The notes under the pieces were generated by a model. The model did no database searches. It was not told the origin of the DNA and saw only the letters and a program-made list of their open reading frames with translations. Both the position numbers and the translations under genes were made by a program. From Octopus sinensis (Eukaryota), in NCBI RefSeq assembly GCF_006345805.1, contig NW_021832787.1:1-32491 (forward strand): a stretch of 32,491 bases of DNA, in the 5' to 3' direction. Numbering within the stretch: the first letter of the stretch is position 1; every line of letters begins with the position of its first letter. This document shows positions 11,264 through 21,299 of the stretch, piece by piece.

Positions 11264-11319
11264 TTGATTTTGTTGTTGTTGTTGTTATTATTATTACCAT
11301 TCTTCTTCTTCTTTTTCTT

Positions 11320-11381
<62 letters not shown>

Positions 11382-11477
11382 AATCTTCATTATTATTATT
11401 ATTATTATTATAATTATTATTATTATTATTATTATTATTATTGTCATCATCATCATCATCATCATTGTTATTATTAT
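11264..11477. repeat. Compound (TTG)(TTA)(TTC)(TCA) tract
   Basis: Direct reading. Confidence 0.95.
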
Positions 11478-11698
11478 GGCGGCGAGCAGGCAGAATCGTT
11501 AACATGTCGGGCAAAATGCTTACCAGTATTTCGTTTGCCTCTACGTTCTGAGTTCAAATTCCTCCGAGGTTGACTTTTCCTTTCAACCTTATCGGGTTCC
11601 ATACACTTGGTACCAGTTAGATACTTGGGTCGATGTAATCGACGTACCCTTCACCCAAATTTCAGGACTTGTGCCTATAGTAGTAAGGATTATTATTA
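11478..11698 (+). mobile_element. SINE family B, full length with short (ATT) tail
   Basis: ggcggcgagcaggcagaatcgttaac...gagttcaaattcctccgagg...gggtcgatgtaatcgac...cttgtgcctatagtagtaaggattattatt. Confidence 0.85.
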
Positions 11699-11706
11699 AT
11701 ATTCCT

Positions 11707-12030
11707 ATAATGTTAGTGTTAACTAATCGCAAAGTAAATACCTCCACAAACGATATCCAAACTACAGTGGAGAAGGCTAGCCACTGGATTTGGTTAAAAA
11801 GAGACGATGAGCGATGGCTAGAAGAATATTGAGCTTTATTTGATAATCGGCTGATCTAGCAAGTGGGGCCTCATTACAGTGATTGGGACCGGTGTGCAAG
11901 TATGCCGTCGAGAGGTAGGACGCGAAACGGCGCGCCATCTCTCCTGGTTACCCCATACACTTGCTGGCTTCCGGTATGCGGAGCTTTCGACTGGTAGCAC
12001 TTCCATGAGTAAGTTATTTGCAAAACATAT
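11707..12030 (+). mobile_element. 3' end of an RLE-type non-LTR retrotransposon (HERO-like): ORF C-terminus and 3' UTR
   Basis: The frame ending at TGA 11830-11832 reads LTNRKVNTSTNDIQTTVEKASHWIWLKRDDERWLEEY*. The (A)EKASxWxWxKR motif is typical of HERO C-termini (recalled, not searched). A structured UTR and (ATT)n follow. Confidence 0.7.
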
Positions 12031-12071
12031 TATTATTATTGTAATTATTATTATTATTATTTTTATTATTA

Positions 12072-12138
<67 letters not shown>

Positions 12139-12149
12139 TATTATTATTA
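12031..12149. repeat. (ATT)n microsatellite
   Basis: Direct reading. Confidence 0.95.
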
Positions 12150-12202
12150 TGGCTGTGGATAAATGACACTTTCAATCATAGCCAACAAAATAAGCTGTGA
12201 GT

Positions 12203-12211
12203 TTTCATCAC

Positions 12212-12278
<67 letters not shown>

Positions 12279-12285
12279 CAATTCC
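12203..12285. repeat. (AAT)n microsatellite, 5' flank of the Dong/R4 fragment
   Basis: Direct reading. Confidence 0.95.
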
Positions 12286-12535
12286 TATCATAATAGGTGC
12301 ATTAGGCATGATAAAAAAATATTCAGACAAATACATAACAAAAACACCAGGTCTTACAAACTCATATAACATACAGAAAATTGCACTACTAGGCACTGCA
12401 CACATCCTACGAAGAACACTTTCCATACAATAACCATCGGAGCATCACAACAAATCACAGCACATACCCAAGGCACACAGAGCTGCGCTCGGTAGTGAAG
12501 TGAAAGCACGTTATAAAAATAAAACTACTGAATGA
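12286..12535 (+). mobile_element. 5'-truncated Dong/R4-clade non-LTR retrotransposon inserted in (AAT)n
   Basis: Translation TIPIIIGALGMIKKYSDKYITKTPGLTNSYNIQKIALLGTAHILRRTLSIQ* (stop 12431-12433) matches the R4/Dong C-terminal pattern PIxIGALG...IQKxALLGTAxILR. It is flanked by (AAT)n on both sides. Confidence 0.8.
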
Positions 12536-12546
12536 TAATAATAATG

Positions 12547-12580
<34 letters not shown>

Positions 12581-12667
12581 TAATAATAATAATGATGATG
12601 ATAATAATAATAATAATAATAATATAATAATAATAATAATAATATAATAATAATAATAATAATAATA
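12536..12667. repeat. (AAT)n/(GAT)n microsatellite
   Basis: Direct reading. Confidence 0.95.
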
Positions 12668-12785
12668 GATCGATAGAATAAGTATTAGGTTTAAAAATAG
12701 GTCCTGGAGACGCATTATTCGACTAAAACTCGTGAAGTCGGTACCCCAGCCTGGCCGTTTTCACATTACTGAAACATATGAAAGA
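12668..12785 (+). mobile_element. SINE family A, degenerate 3' fragment
   Basis: gatcgatagaataagtattagg...ggtcctggag...ttcgactaaaa...gtcggtaccccagcctggcc...actgaaac. Confidence 0.65.
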
Positions 12786-12862
12786 AGATTCAAGTGTTTA
12801 TATGATTGGTTGTAGCATAATATTGACATGTGTTTTACTGTGATGTATTTTTTTTTATTGTA

Positions 12863-13242
12863 GAGGCGCAATAGCCCTGTGGTTAGGGCAGCGCACTCTA
12901 GATCTTACGATCGTGGTTTCAATTCCCACGCTGGGCGTTGTGAGTGTTTATTGAGCGCAAACACCTAAAGCTCCACGAGGCTCCAGCAGAGGGTGGTGAC
13001 AAAACACTGCTGTACTCTTTCACCAGAACATCCTCTCACACTTTCCTCCTGTTTCTGTTGTACCTGAATTTCAAAAAGGGCCAGCCTTGTTACACTGTCT
13101 CACGCTGAATCTCCTCGTAACCCACGCTAAGTGTACACACATCTGTGGAGTGCTCAGCCACTTGCACGTTAATATCACGAGTAGTTGTTTCGTTGATCGG
13201 ATCAACTTGAAACCTCGTCGTCGTAACCGACGGAGTGCTACA
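12863..13242 (+). mobile_element. SINE family C (tRNA-derived; probably octopus OR1)
   Basis: gaggcgcaatagccctgtggttagggcagcg...gtttcaattccc...cgtcgtcgtaaccgacggagtgc, collinear with 28412-28800. The family name is an inference. Confidence 0.9.
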
Positions 13243-13431
13243 ATGTTTTTACTATGATGGACATTTGCTTAATATTTCTGGCAGTCTGGCTTATTATGCT
13301 GGCTATTTTTTTATTGACTTCTATTGTAAATCTGACCATGATACACACCGCTCCATGTTAATGATAGAACACTTACAAAACTTATTAAAAAAAATTAAAC
13401 AACGTAGGAATCACTTCATACTTAGAACACT

Positions 13432-13827
13432 TTTTTTTTACTTGTTTCAATTATTTGACTGCGGTCATGCTGGAGCACCGCTTCTAGTCGATCAAATTGA
13501 CCCCAGGAGTTATTCTTTGTAAGCCCAGTACTGAATCTATCAATCTCTTCTGCCGAACCGCTAAGTTACGGGGACGTAAACACACCAGCATCGGTTGCCA
13601 AGCGATGTTGGGGGAACAAACACAGACACACAAACATATACACGAACACATATATATATATATATACATATATACGATGGGCTTTTTTCAGTTTCCATCT
13701 ACCAAATCCATTCACACGGCTTTGGTCGGCCCGAGGCAATAGTAGACAACACCTGCTCAAGGTGCCATGCAGTGGGAATGAACCCGGAAACATGTGGTTG
13801 GTAAGCAAGCTACTTACCACACAGCCA
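13432..13827 (-). mobile_element. SINE family A, full length, minus strand
   Basis: Reverse complement of the family A consensus, from tggctgtgtggtaagtagcttg to gaaacaagtaaaa. Confidence 0.9.
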
Positions 13828-13879
13828 ATTTTAAATCGTCCATACTTGTAACACTAAAACACCACATACAACACTAAAA

Positions 13880-14258
13880 TCTTTATATATAAAAGTAAGG
13901 TTGTGTATCTGTCTACTCCGATTTAGATTCCTAACTACTCCCACATTTTGCGGTGCAGTGAAACCAAAACCGGGTATCTTATAGTCGTGATTCATATCGA
14001 GCCCTTCTGGGTATTAGCGCGCGTCTACGATGAGTCTACGATTTTAAAAATAATTTACCATCATTTTTTCCATTTTAAATGCATTTTTTTAAATATAAGG
14101 GAAGTAACTCTCTAAAAATGTCAACGATTTAAAAAAAATTACCATAATTTTTTTCCATTTTTAATGCATTTTTTGCTATTTTTTGGCTATAACTCTCTAA
14201 AAATGCTTATATAGTTATTTCCTTTACAAACCCGAGCAACGCCGGGCGATACTGCTAG
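13880..14258 (+). mobile_element. Non-autonomous Helitron, copy 3
   Basis: A^TCTTTATATATAAAAG ... cccgagcaacgccggg ... gatactgCTAG^T. Confidence 0.9.
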
Positions 14259-14296
14259 TTTGAAATAAAACGAAACATCATTATTTCAACTCTACT

Positions 14297-15727
14297 GTGT
14301 GTATGTCCTCAACAAGATATTGTTCCTAAATATATATATTTATCAAAAAGCTCAACGTTTTAATTGCCTACAGAAGGAATTCGTTAATCTCACTAACAAT
14401 ATTTCTCTCTCCTTCCGTCTCTTTCCATCACTATCTCTGTGTAACCTTCACTAATATCCACAATCACAGAGCTAAAAACTACACGTACAATAATTCGTAA
14501 GGTCCATTAAATGACGATTTCAACACTAGAACAACACCTGGAACACTAAAATAATATATACGTCTCTTCAAACTGAAAAAAAAAGTCTTAAAACAAAAAC
14601 TTCTGTGTTTATATTTTGCAGAAAATCCTAGACTTGATGGAGGAGTATGAGAACATCGAGATCGTCTTCCTACGTTCCTCTGTTGCCATAATGTTGTAAT
14701 CGTTACATCTCTAGTAAGCTCTGGTTGAAGAAATATGCGACGAAGTACAATTCTATCCGTGAACACCCTATATTTTTTCAAACATGTTAAACGTTGAGGT
14801 ACGTTATCCAGGATGGTCTTTCGTTTTATTCAAAAAATATTTGATTGCTAATGGAAATAACTTGAGCCACTACGTAAGGGCGCTTCTGTAAGTAGATTGA
14901 AGCATGCTTTTTGAGAGATCTGTTTAGGAAAATAATATAAGTCTGGTAGCTGTGTGTTAGACTTGTATTATTGTGTATGATGCATCATTTAGAAAATGAT
15001 GAAGGTATCTTGTATGTAGATGTGCTGCCATAACTATTAAAGAGAGAACGCCACTTCTATACACGTTTCATTAACGAAGTGTGAGAGAGACATGACTAAA
15101 CCCTCTATATCTCATAATGACAATTCTAGAAGACTTCCTACTTGAAAAGTAATTTTCGTCGTTCATCACTATCTTTTTTCACATTTATATTCTGTTTTCT
15201 ATTTTTTTATTTCTTTCTAGAAAAAAAAAAAAAAAACTGAGAAAGTACCATTTTTTTTTTTTTTGTGATTTTGTGTTGATGTTGAAAAGAAGTTGCTATA
15301 GGCGGCAGATCATGAAAGAAAGAAAAAAGCGCAAAATTTCTCATCAGGGTAGAAAGCAAGCAAAAGCAAGAGGCAATCCTGAAATAGATGCTTGGTACCG
15401 ATAAACATCGAAAGATTTCTAAGTTTGCACAAGTTTAGATTAGACGAGATCCGTATCAGCGGAGAAATGTGACAAATATTTTGGCAGGGTAAACGGAGAC
15501 TGGCAGAGAAGCGTTTTGAGAAGGGAAGAAAGATGACTGCCTAGAACACTAGAGGTGGATATTAGCGAGGGTTATAGAGAGATAGAGACGGAAGGAGAGA
15601 GAAAGATAGCTAGGGAGATTAACGAATTCCTTCTGTAGGCAATTAAAACGTTGAGGTTTTTTGATAAATATCGGCAATATATATATATATATATTTGGGA
15701 ACAAAAGCTTGTTGAGGACATACACAC
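14297..15727 (+). mobile_element. Unclassified DNA transposon-like element with ~165-bp terminal inverted repeats
   Basis: 14297-14461 is the reverse complement of 15555-15727 (gtgtgtatgtcctcaacaag / cttgttgaggacatacacac, including an identical 41-bp block ctcaacgttttaattgcctacagaaggaattcgttaatctc). No clear TSD. Confidence 0.8.
14622..15410 (+). pseudogene. Decayed, apparently spliced ORF inside the TIR element; product unrecognised
   Basis: Acceptor ttttgcAG (14620-21), protein-like frames with stops (KILDLMEEYENIEIVFL...; HHLENDEGILYVDVLP*LLKRERHFYTRFINEV...LEDFLLE), donor GT at 15149 and acceptor AG at 15300-01 that rejoin in phase (gaa aa|g cgg cag atc atg = EK/RQIMKERKKRK). Confidence 0.5.
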
Positions 15728-15807
15728 TTGGTCTAATTGAAGACAGAGAAGTCTTTGAATACATCTAACAGGAAAAGCGATGATGAAACCAACGATTATG
15801 ATGATAG

Positions 15808-15809
15808 TA

Positions 15810-15859
<50 letters not shown>

Positions 15860-15867
15860 GCAGCAGC

Positions 15868-15898
<31 letters not shown>

Positions 15899-15910
15899 GC
15901 AGCAACAATA
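15808..15910. repeat. (AAC)n/(AGC)n microsatellite abutting the tail of the adjacent minus-strand SINE
   Basis: Direct reading. Confidence 0.9.
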
Positions 15911-15911
15911 G

Positions 15912-16035
15912 TAAACGTTTCTGTTATAGGCACAATGTCTGAAATTTCGTTGGGGAATATGTTAGTCGATTACACTGACGCCAGTAATCAGTTGTTTTCT
16001 TAACTTATCGACCCCGAAAGGCAAGGATCAAATGC
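15912..16035 (-). mobile_element. SINE family B, 3' fragment
   Basis: Reverse complement reads ccttgcctttcggggtcgataagttaag...gtaatcgactaac...aaatttcagacattgtgcctataacag. Confidence 0.7.
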
Positions 16036-16049
16036 AATAATCTACCATC

Positions 16050-16058
16050 AATAGTAAC

Positions 16059-16136
<78 letters not shown>

Positions 16137-16212
16137 CAGCAACAACAATAATTACAACAGCAACAACAAAACCAACGACACGCACAACAACGACAATAAC
16201 ACCACCACCACC

Positions 16213-16254
<42 letters not shown>

Positions 16255-16306
16255 GCTATTACTACTGCTGCTGCTGCTGTTGCTGCTGTTGCTGCGACTA
16301 CTACTA

Positions 16307-16338
<32 letters not shown>

Positions 16339-16404
16339 ATTCCTGCTGCTTCTACTACTAATACCACTACTACTGCTGATGTTGCTGCTGCTACTACTAC
16401 TACA

Positions 16405-16445
<41 letters not shown>

Positions 16446-16473
16446 AACTACTACTACTAATAATAATAATAAT

Positions 16474-16565
<92 letters not shown>

Positions 16566-16575
16566 TAATTATAAT
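16050..16575. repeat. Compound trinucleotide tract (AAT/AAC/ACC/ACT/GCT)
   Basis: Direct reading. Confidence 0.95.
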
Positions 16576-16771
16576 AATAGTCACTTTTAAAGCCACATGG
16601 GCTTGAAAATATACATGGAAGATACGAAGGAGGGGTAAACAGACTGCTGACAAAGACTAATATGTCAGAACATAGAAATTCCAAAATGACGGAGAGAGAT
16701 GATTGAAAAACATTACACAATTATTACCGATGTGAATAAGAAATCAGAAAATAAAAACGTACCTGAAAATA

Positions 16772-18060
16772 TTGGGTTGGCAACTAAGTTCCCGCTGTTT
16801 TTTTAATTTTAAATTTTGGAATTTCATTGCGCTTTTAAATTTTAGAATCTATTTTGTTTCGAGAATTCTGTTCTTGAATCATTTTGAAATCTTTTTTTTT
16901 TTCTCTAGTTAATTTTAGTTAATTTTTGTTTATTTTCAGGTCATTAAAAAGGAATGTCAAGTTAAGAAAACGAGCATTTTTGACACCTAATTTTTGCTTT
17001 TAATCAAGATTCTAAGTCTGCAAAAGCTGCTCGCGAAATTTGTTTTGTGTATGGAGAGGGTGCCATAGCTGAAAGAACCGCTCGTAATTGGTATGCCAAG
17101 TCCAAAATGGAAATTTCGACCTCAAAGACGCACCTCGTTCTGGCCTTCAGGTTGTGTTCGATGAAGAGCGATTAAACTAACTTTTGCACGAAAATTCTTG
17201 TTAAATAACAAAGGATCTGGAAGAGGAAATGGAATGCTCCCACACTGCTATAGAGAAGCATCTTCACTCGATGGGACAGTTCAGAAGTATGGAGTACGGG
17301 TTCTACGTTCTTTAAGGGACAACAACAAATATCAACGAGTCACAATCTCCGCTGGTTTGCTTGCTCGTCACCGCTCAACTCATGGATACAAGCGACGTTT
17401 TCTTTATCGAATCGATATTGGCGACGAAAAATGGTCCCTGTACATCAATATGAAGCAGCGTAAAGAATGTCTTAGCCCCAGTAAATAAGTGAAACCGCGC
17501 GCGAAACAAGATATTCATCCGCGTAAAACGTTGTTGTGCGTATGGTGAAAATGGGAAGGGATTATCCATTACGAATTGCTTGAACGGAACCACACGGTCA
17601 ACGCGGAAATCTATGTTTAACAGATGGAACGACTCAACACGGCTATTCAAGGGAAAAGACGTAATCGGCAGCATGGAGTTCTGCTTCACGACAACGCTCA
17701 CTCTCATATCGCCAATATGACCAAGGAAGCCATTCAAACGCGTGGATGGGAAGTGCAGCCACACCCGCCGTAATCTCATGATTTAGCACCAACGGATTTC
17801 CACCTCTTTCGATCACTTTCAAATGCTATGCGCGGTGTTTCGTTCAATACTGATGCAAATTTGAGAGCTTGTTGGATTGATTTTTCGAGTCGCAATCGAG
17901 CGATTTCTACCAACGATATATTGAAAATCTTGTTGAAAGTTGCGAAGAAGTTGTAAACAACAAGGGTGAATATATCATTGATTAGTTAGTTATTTTATAT
18001 TAAACCTTTAAAAAAATTTAAATATAAAAAAAAACCGCGGGAACTTAGTTGCCAACCCAA
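16772..18060 (+). mobile_element. Full-length mariner (Tc1/mariner, DD34D) transposon, 1289 bp, inactive
   Basis: TA|ttgggttggcaactaagttcccgc ... gcgggaacttagttgccaacccaa|TA, giving TIRs and a TA target duplication at 16770-71 and 18061-62. Confidence 0.97.
16949..17985 (+). pseudogene. Mariner transposase pseudogene
   Basis: Motifs AREICFVYGEGAIAERTARNWYAK, IGDEKW, LLHDNAHSH, HPP*SHDLAPTDFHLFRSL and VVNNKGEYIID* (TAG 17983-85). The start codon is lost and there are several stops and frameshifts. Confidence 0.95.
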
Positions 18061-18205
18061 TAAATGAAAAGTAATAACATAAAAACACATAATTATCAAA
18101 AAACAAGAATTAAACTCTTCCACATGGTTTATCGGGGCACCACACATTTCTGAACTCGCTTCGTCCCTGCTAGCCTTCTGTATTGTTTCATTCTTATCGT
18201 TTCAC

Positions 18206-18388
18206 CAATTACATACCAGCCATTTGTAATCCGGGAATAAAACTAAAGTGCAGTAATAGATTAGTCTGGGTTGAACATAGCACACGCCCTTTACCATAGG
18301 TTTTGGATTATATGTTAATTAAGTAACATTAAATAAAGGTTGGTTAGTGCAATGTCTTAACGGATTACAAATGGCTGGTATGTAATTG
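18206..18388. mobile_element. MITE-like fold-back element with perfect 28-bp inverted termini
   Basis: caattacataccagccatttgtaatccg (18206-18233) is the exact reverse complement of 18361-18388, with a 127-bp spacer. Confidence 0.7.
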
Positions 18389-19496
18389 TATATTAGTATT
18401 TTTGTATTTTTGTATAGTGTGTGTAAAAAACATCCTGATGACAGGAGTGTCAGTTTTGATAATATGAAATATATCATATTACTTGGCACGTCTCTGAAAC
18501 GGCCCGTAGATAAAACTCTAAATTTAAAAATTTTTATGTTATTTTTCGGAGGTTTTTCATATGTCTTTTTAATGTTTCATCATCCCAAATTTTTAATTAT
18601 ACCAATATTTTATAACTTTTAAAATGTAATTTCACTGTTTTATGTATAACACAGACTTGTATCTATTTATATATATTTTTATATCTTTATATATGGAATT
18701 TATACATTCGTTTTGTAAATGTGGAAGTATATATGAATATATGTAGGTATTTGATCTTCGAGTGTGGATATTTATGTTCATCTAGTTTCCGCATGCATTA
18801 CCTCCGTTCAGATTAATACATACATACATACATACATACATACATACATACATACATACATAAATATACATATACATATACATACATATATATAAATATG
18901 CACATATATAAGTATATGCATACACACACACACGTACAACCACACACGCACATGTATATATATATAATTAGATAGTATCCTGGCCTGCACAGTTTCTCGT
19001 GAGAGAGAAATTTAGATTCTCCTATCTGACGGAAGGGCATAACAGTAGGACTGAATGATATTGGAGAAGATTCGTTTACGTTTGACCTGAACTCGAGTGG
19101 AAGTGGCATCCACTGTATGGTTTCAGACCCATCCGTTGCAGTACATTTTGAATGGGGTACGGAAAATCAGGTCAACAGTTTGCAAGGGACTTCCGTTGAC
19201 ACGCCATGAGTGCAAGATTAGCGACACCACCAATCTGAAAGACACTCGAGAGTTCCTCTACTAACGACAAGACACCACTGTCAGACGTATATGTGGACAG
19301 ATGTATGCATACATACATGCATGCAAGCGCACACTCCCACGCGTACACACACCCATATGGGAATATAAGCATGTCTGTCGTTCAATTGTATTTCGAGATT
19401 TCTTGTCAATAGAAAAAGGGCCGGTTTCTAACCTGGATACAAGGCACCTTCATTAAAATTTCAACATAAACAACAGGGGTATATGTATATATGTAT

Positions 19497-19786
19497 GGGC
19501 CGACCAAAGCCTTGTGAGTGGATTTGGTAGACGGAAACTGAAAAGAAGCCCGTCGTATATATGTATATGTATGTCTGTGTTTGTCCCCCTAGCATTGCTT
19601 GACAACCGATGCTGGTGTGTTTGAGTCCCCGTAACTTAGCGGTTCGGCAAAAGGACCGATAGAATAAGTACTGGGCTTACAAAAAGAATAAGTCCCGGGG
19701 TCGAGTTGCTCGATTAAAGGCGGTGCTCCAGCATGGCCGCAGTCAAATGACTGAAACAAGTAAAAGAGTAAAAGAGTAAAAGAGAG
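19497..19786 (+). mobile_element. SINE family A, 5'-truncated
   Basis: Begins gggccgaccaaagccttgtgagtgg and ends (aaagagt)n. Confidence 0.9.
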
Positions 19787-19793
19787 TATGTGT

Positions 19794-20108
19794 GGAGGCG
19801 CAATGGCCTAGTGGTTAGGGCAGCGGACTCGCGGTCGGACGACCGCGGTTTCGATTGCCAGACCGAACGTTGTGTGTGTTTATTGAGCGAAAACACCTAA
19901 GAGCTCCACGAGGCTCCGGCAGGGGGGGGGTGACCCCTGTCGTACTCTTTCGCCCCAAATTTTCTCTCACTATCTCTTCCAGTTTCTTGAGTAACGCTGC
20001 GATGGACTGGCCTCCCGTCAAACTGGAGAGAACACATACATCATAGAAACGGGGAAGCTGGGCCCCTGACCCTGGCTAGGCTTGAAAAGTGTGCATAAAT
20101 AAAAAAAA
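19794..20108 (+). mobile_element. SINE with a family C head and a different 3' half (probably octopus OR2)
   Basis: The first ~185 bp match 28412 onward, then it diverges to gtaacgctgcgatggactggcctcccgtc...catagaaacggggaagctgggccc...ggctaggcttgaaaag and an A-rich tail. Confidence 0.8.
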
Positions 20109-20963
20109 ATCTATGTATCTATATGTTTATGCATTTGTATATGTATGAGTGTATGTATGCTATGCATATGTGCAGATTTGTATGTTTTGTTTTATGAATG
20201 TATTCTCATGCAGATAGTTGCATATCTAGATATGCTCATATATATTTGAATGACAAACTTCTAGAAAGTTTTACAAATTTTTACAGTTCCAGTGATGGAT
20301 TCGATCTTCAATCTTCGAATTAGCTTCCTCCTTTCTGGTTTTTAGAAGCCTAATTTCTCAAGATTTGTATTTTGGCACTCTATTACATATCCCAGGGCCC
20401 CAATAATTACAGGTATAAATATATATATATACATACATATATGCATGTGTATATTAAAATAATAAAGTAAACACAGAAATACAATTGATAATCTAAAATT
20501 TTATACCATTATAAGATAATATAATATACTGCACTTATTCTCATTCATATTCTTCATATTGTTACGCAGTAATTTTTAATTTATCTTTCAAACACTATTT
20601 TATAGTATTATTTTTTTTAAAAAACCCCAAAAAACTACCATTTGATATGTTATACAAAATTCAAATTGTATATCTCTGAAGAGCAGAAGAGTTGTCTATA
20701 AATGTTTCTCAATATACTAATTCATTATAGGGACAACACTTCTGTGAAACGATTGTAAGATGCTTTAACTACTTAATTCAAAATTTTAAACTGTCATATA
20801 CATTATATATTTATACATATTTACATATATTTTTATACATATTTATATTCATTTATTTATATACTTTTAATACAATTATTTTTCACATGTGTATAACTCT
20901 CTGAGTTTTCTTATATTGATTATCTAATATTAATAATAATATACTATTAATATATATATATTT

Positions 20964-20965
20964 GC

Positions 20966-21058
<93 letters not shown>
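20964..21058. repeat. (TATC)n / GATA tetranucleotide microsatellite
   Basis: Direct reading. Confidence 0.97.
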
Positions 21059-21229
21059 ACACACACACTCACATATATGTATATATATATATATGTGTGT
21101 GTGTATGTATGTGTGTGTATAACTTTTATAGACGTATCTATGTATCTACCTCTCTATATACATGTGTGTGTGAGCGTGAATATGTATGCGTGTGAGCATA
21201 AGTATATGTGTGTGTGAGCGAGAGTATGT

Positions 21230-21269
<40 letters not shown>

Positions 21270-21299
21270 GCGTGTGTGCGTGTGTATGTATGTGTTTAT

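Noticed and set aside
12831-13259. Possible TSD (tgttttactgtgatg / tgtttttactatgatg) around the SINE at 12863
   Set aside because: The match is imperfect and the left copy is separated from the SINE head by about 17 bp, so it is not counted as a TSD.
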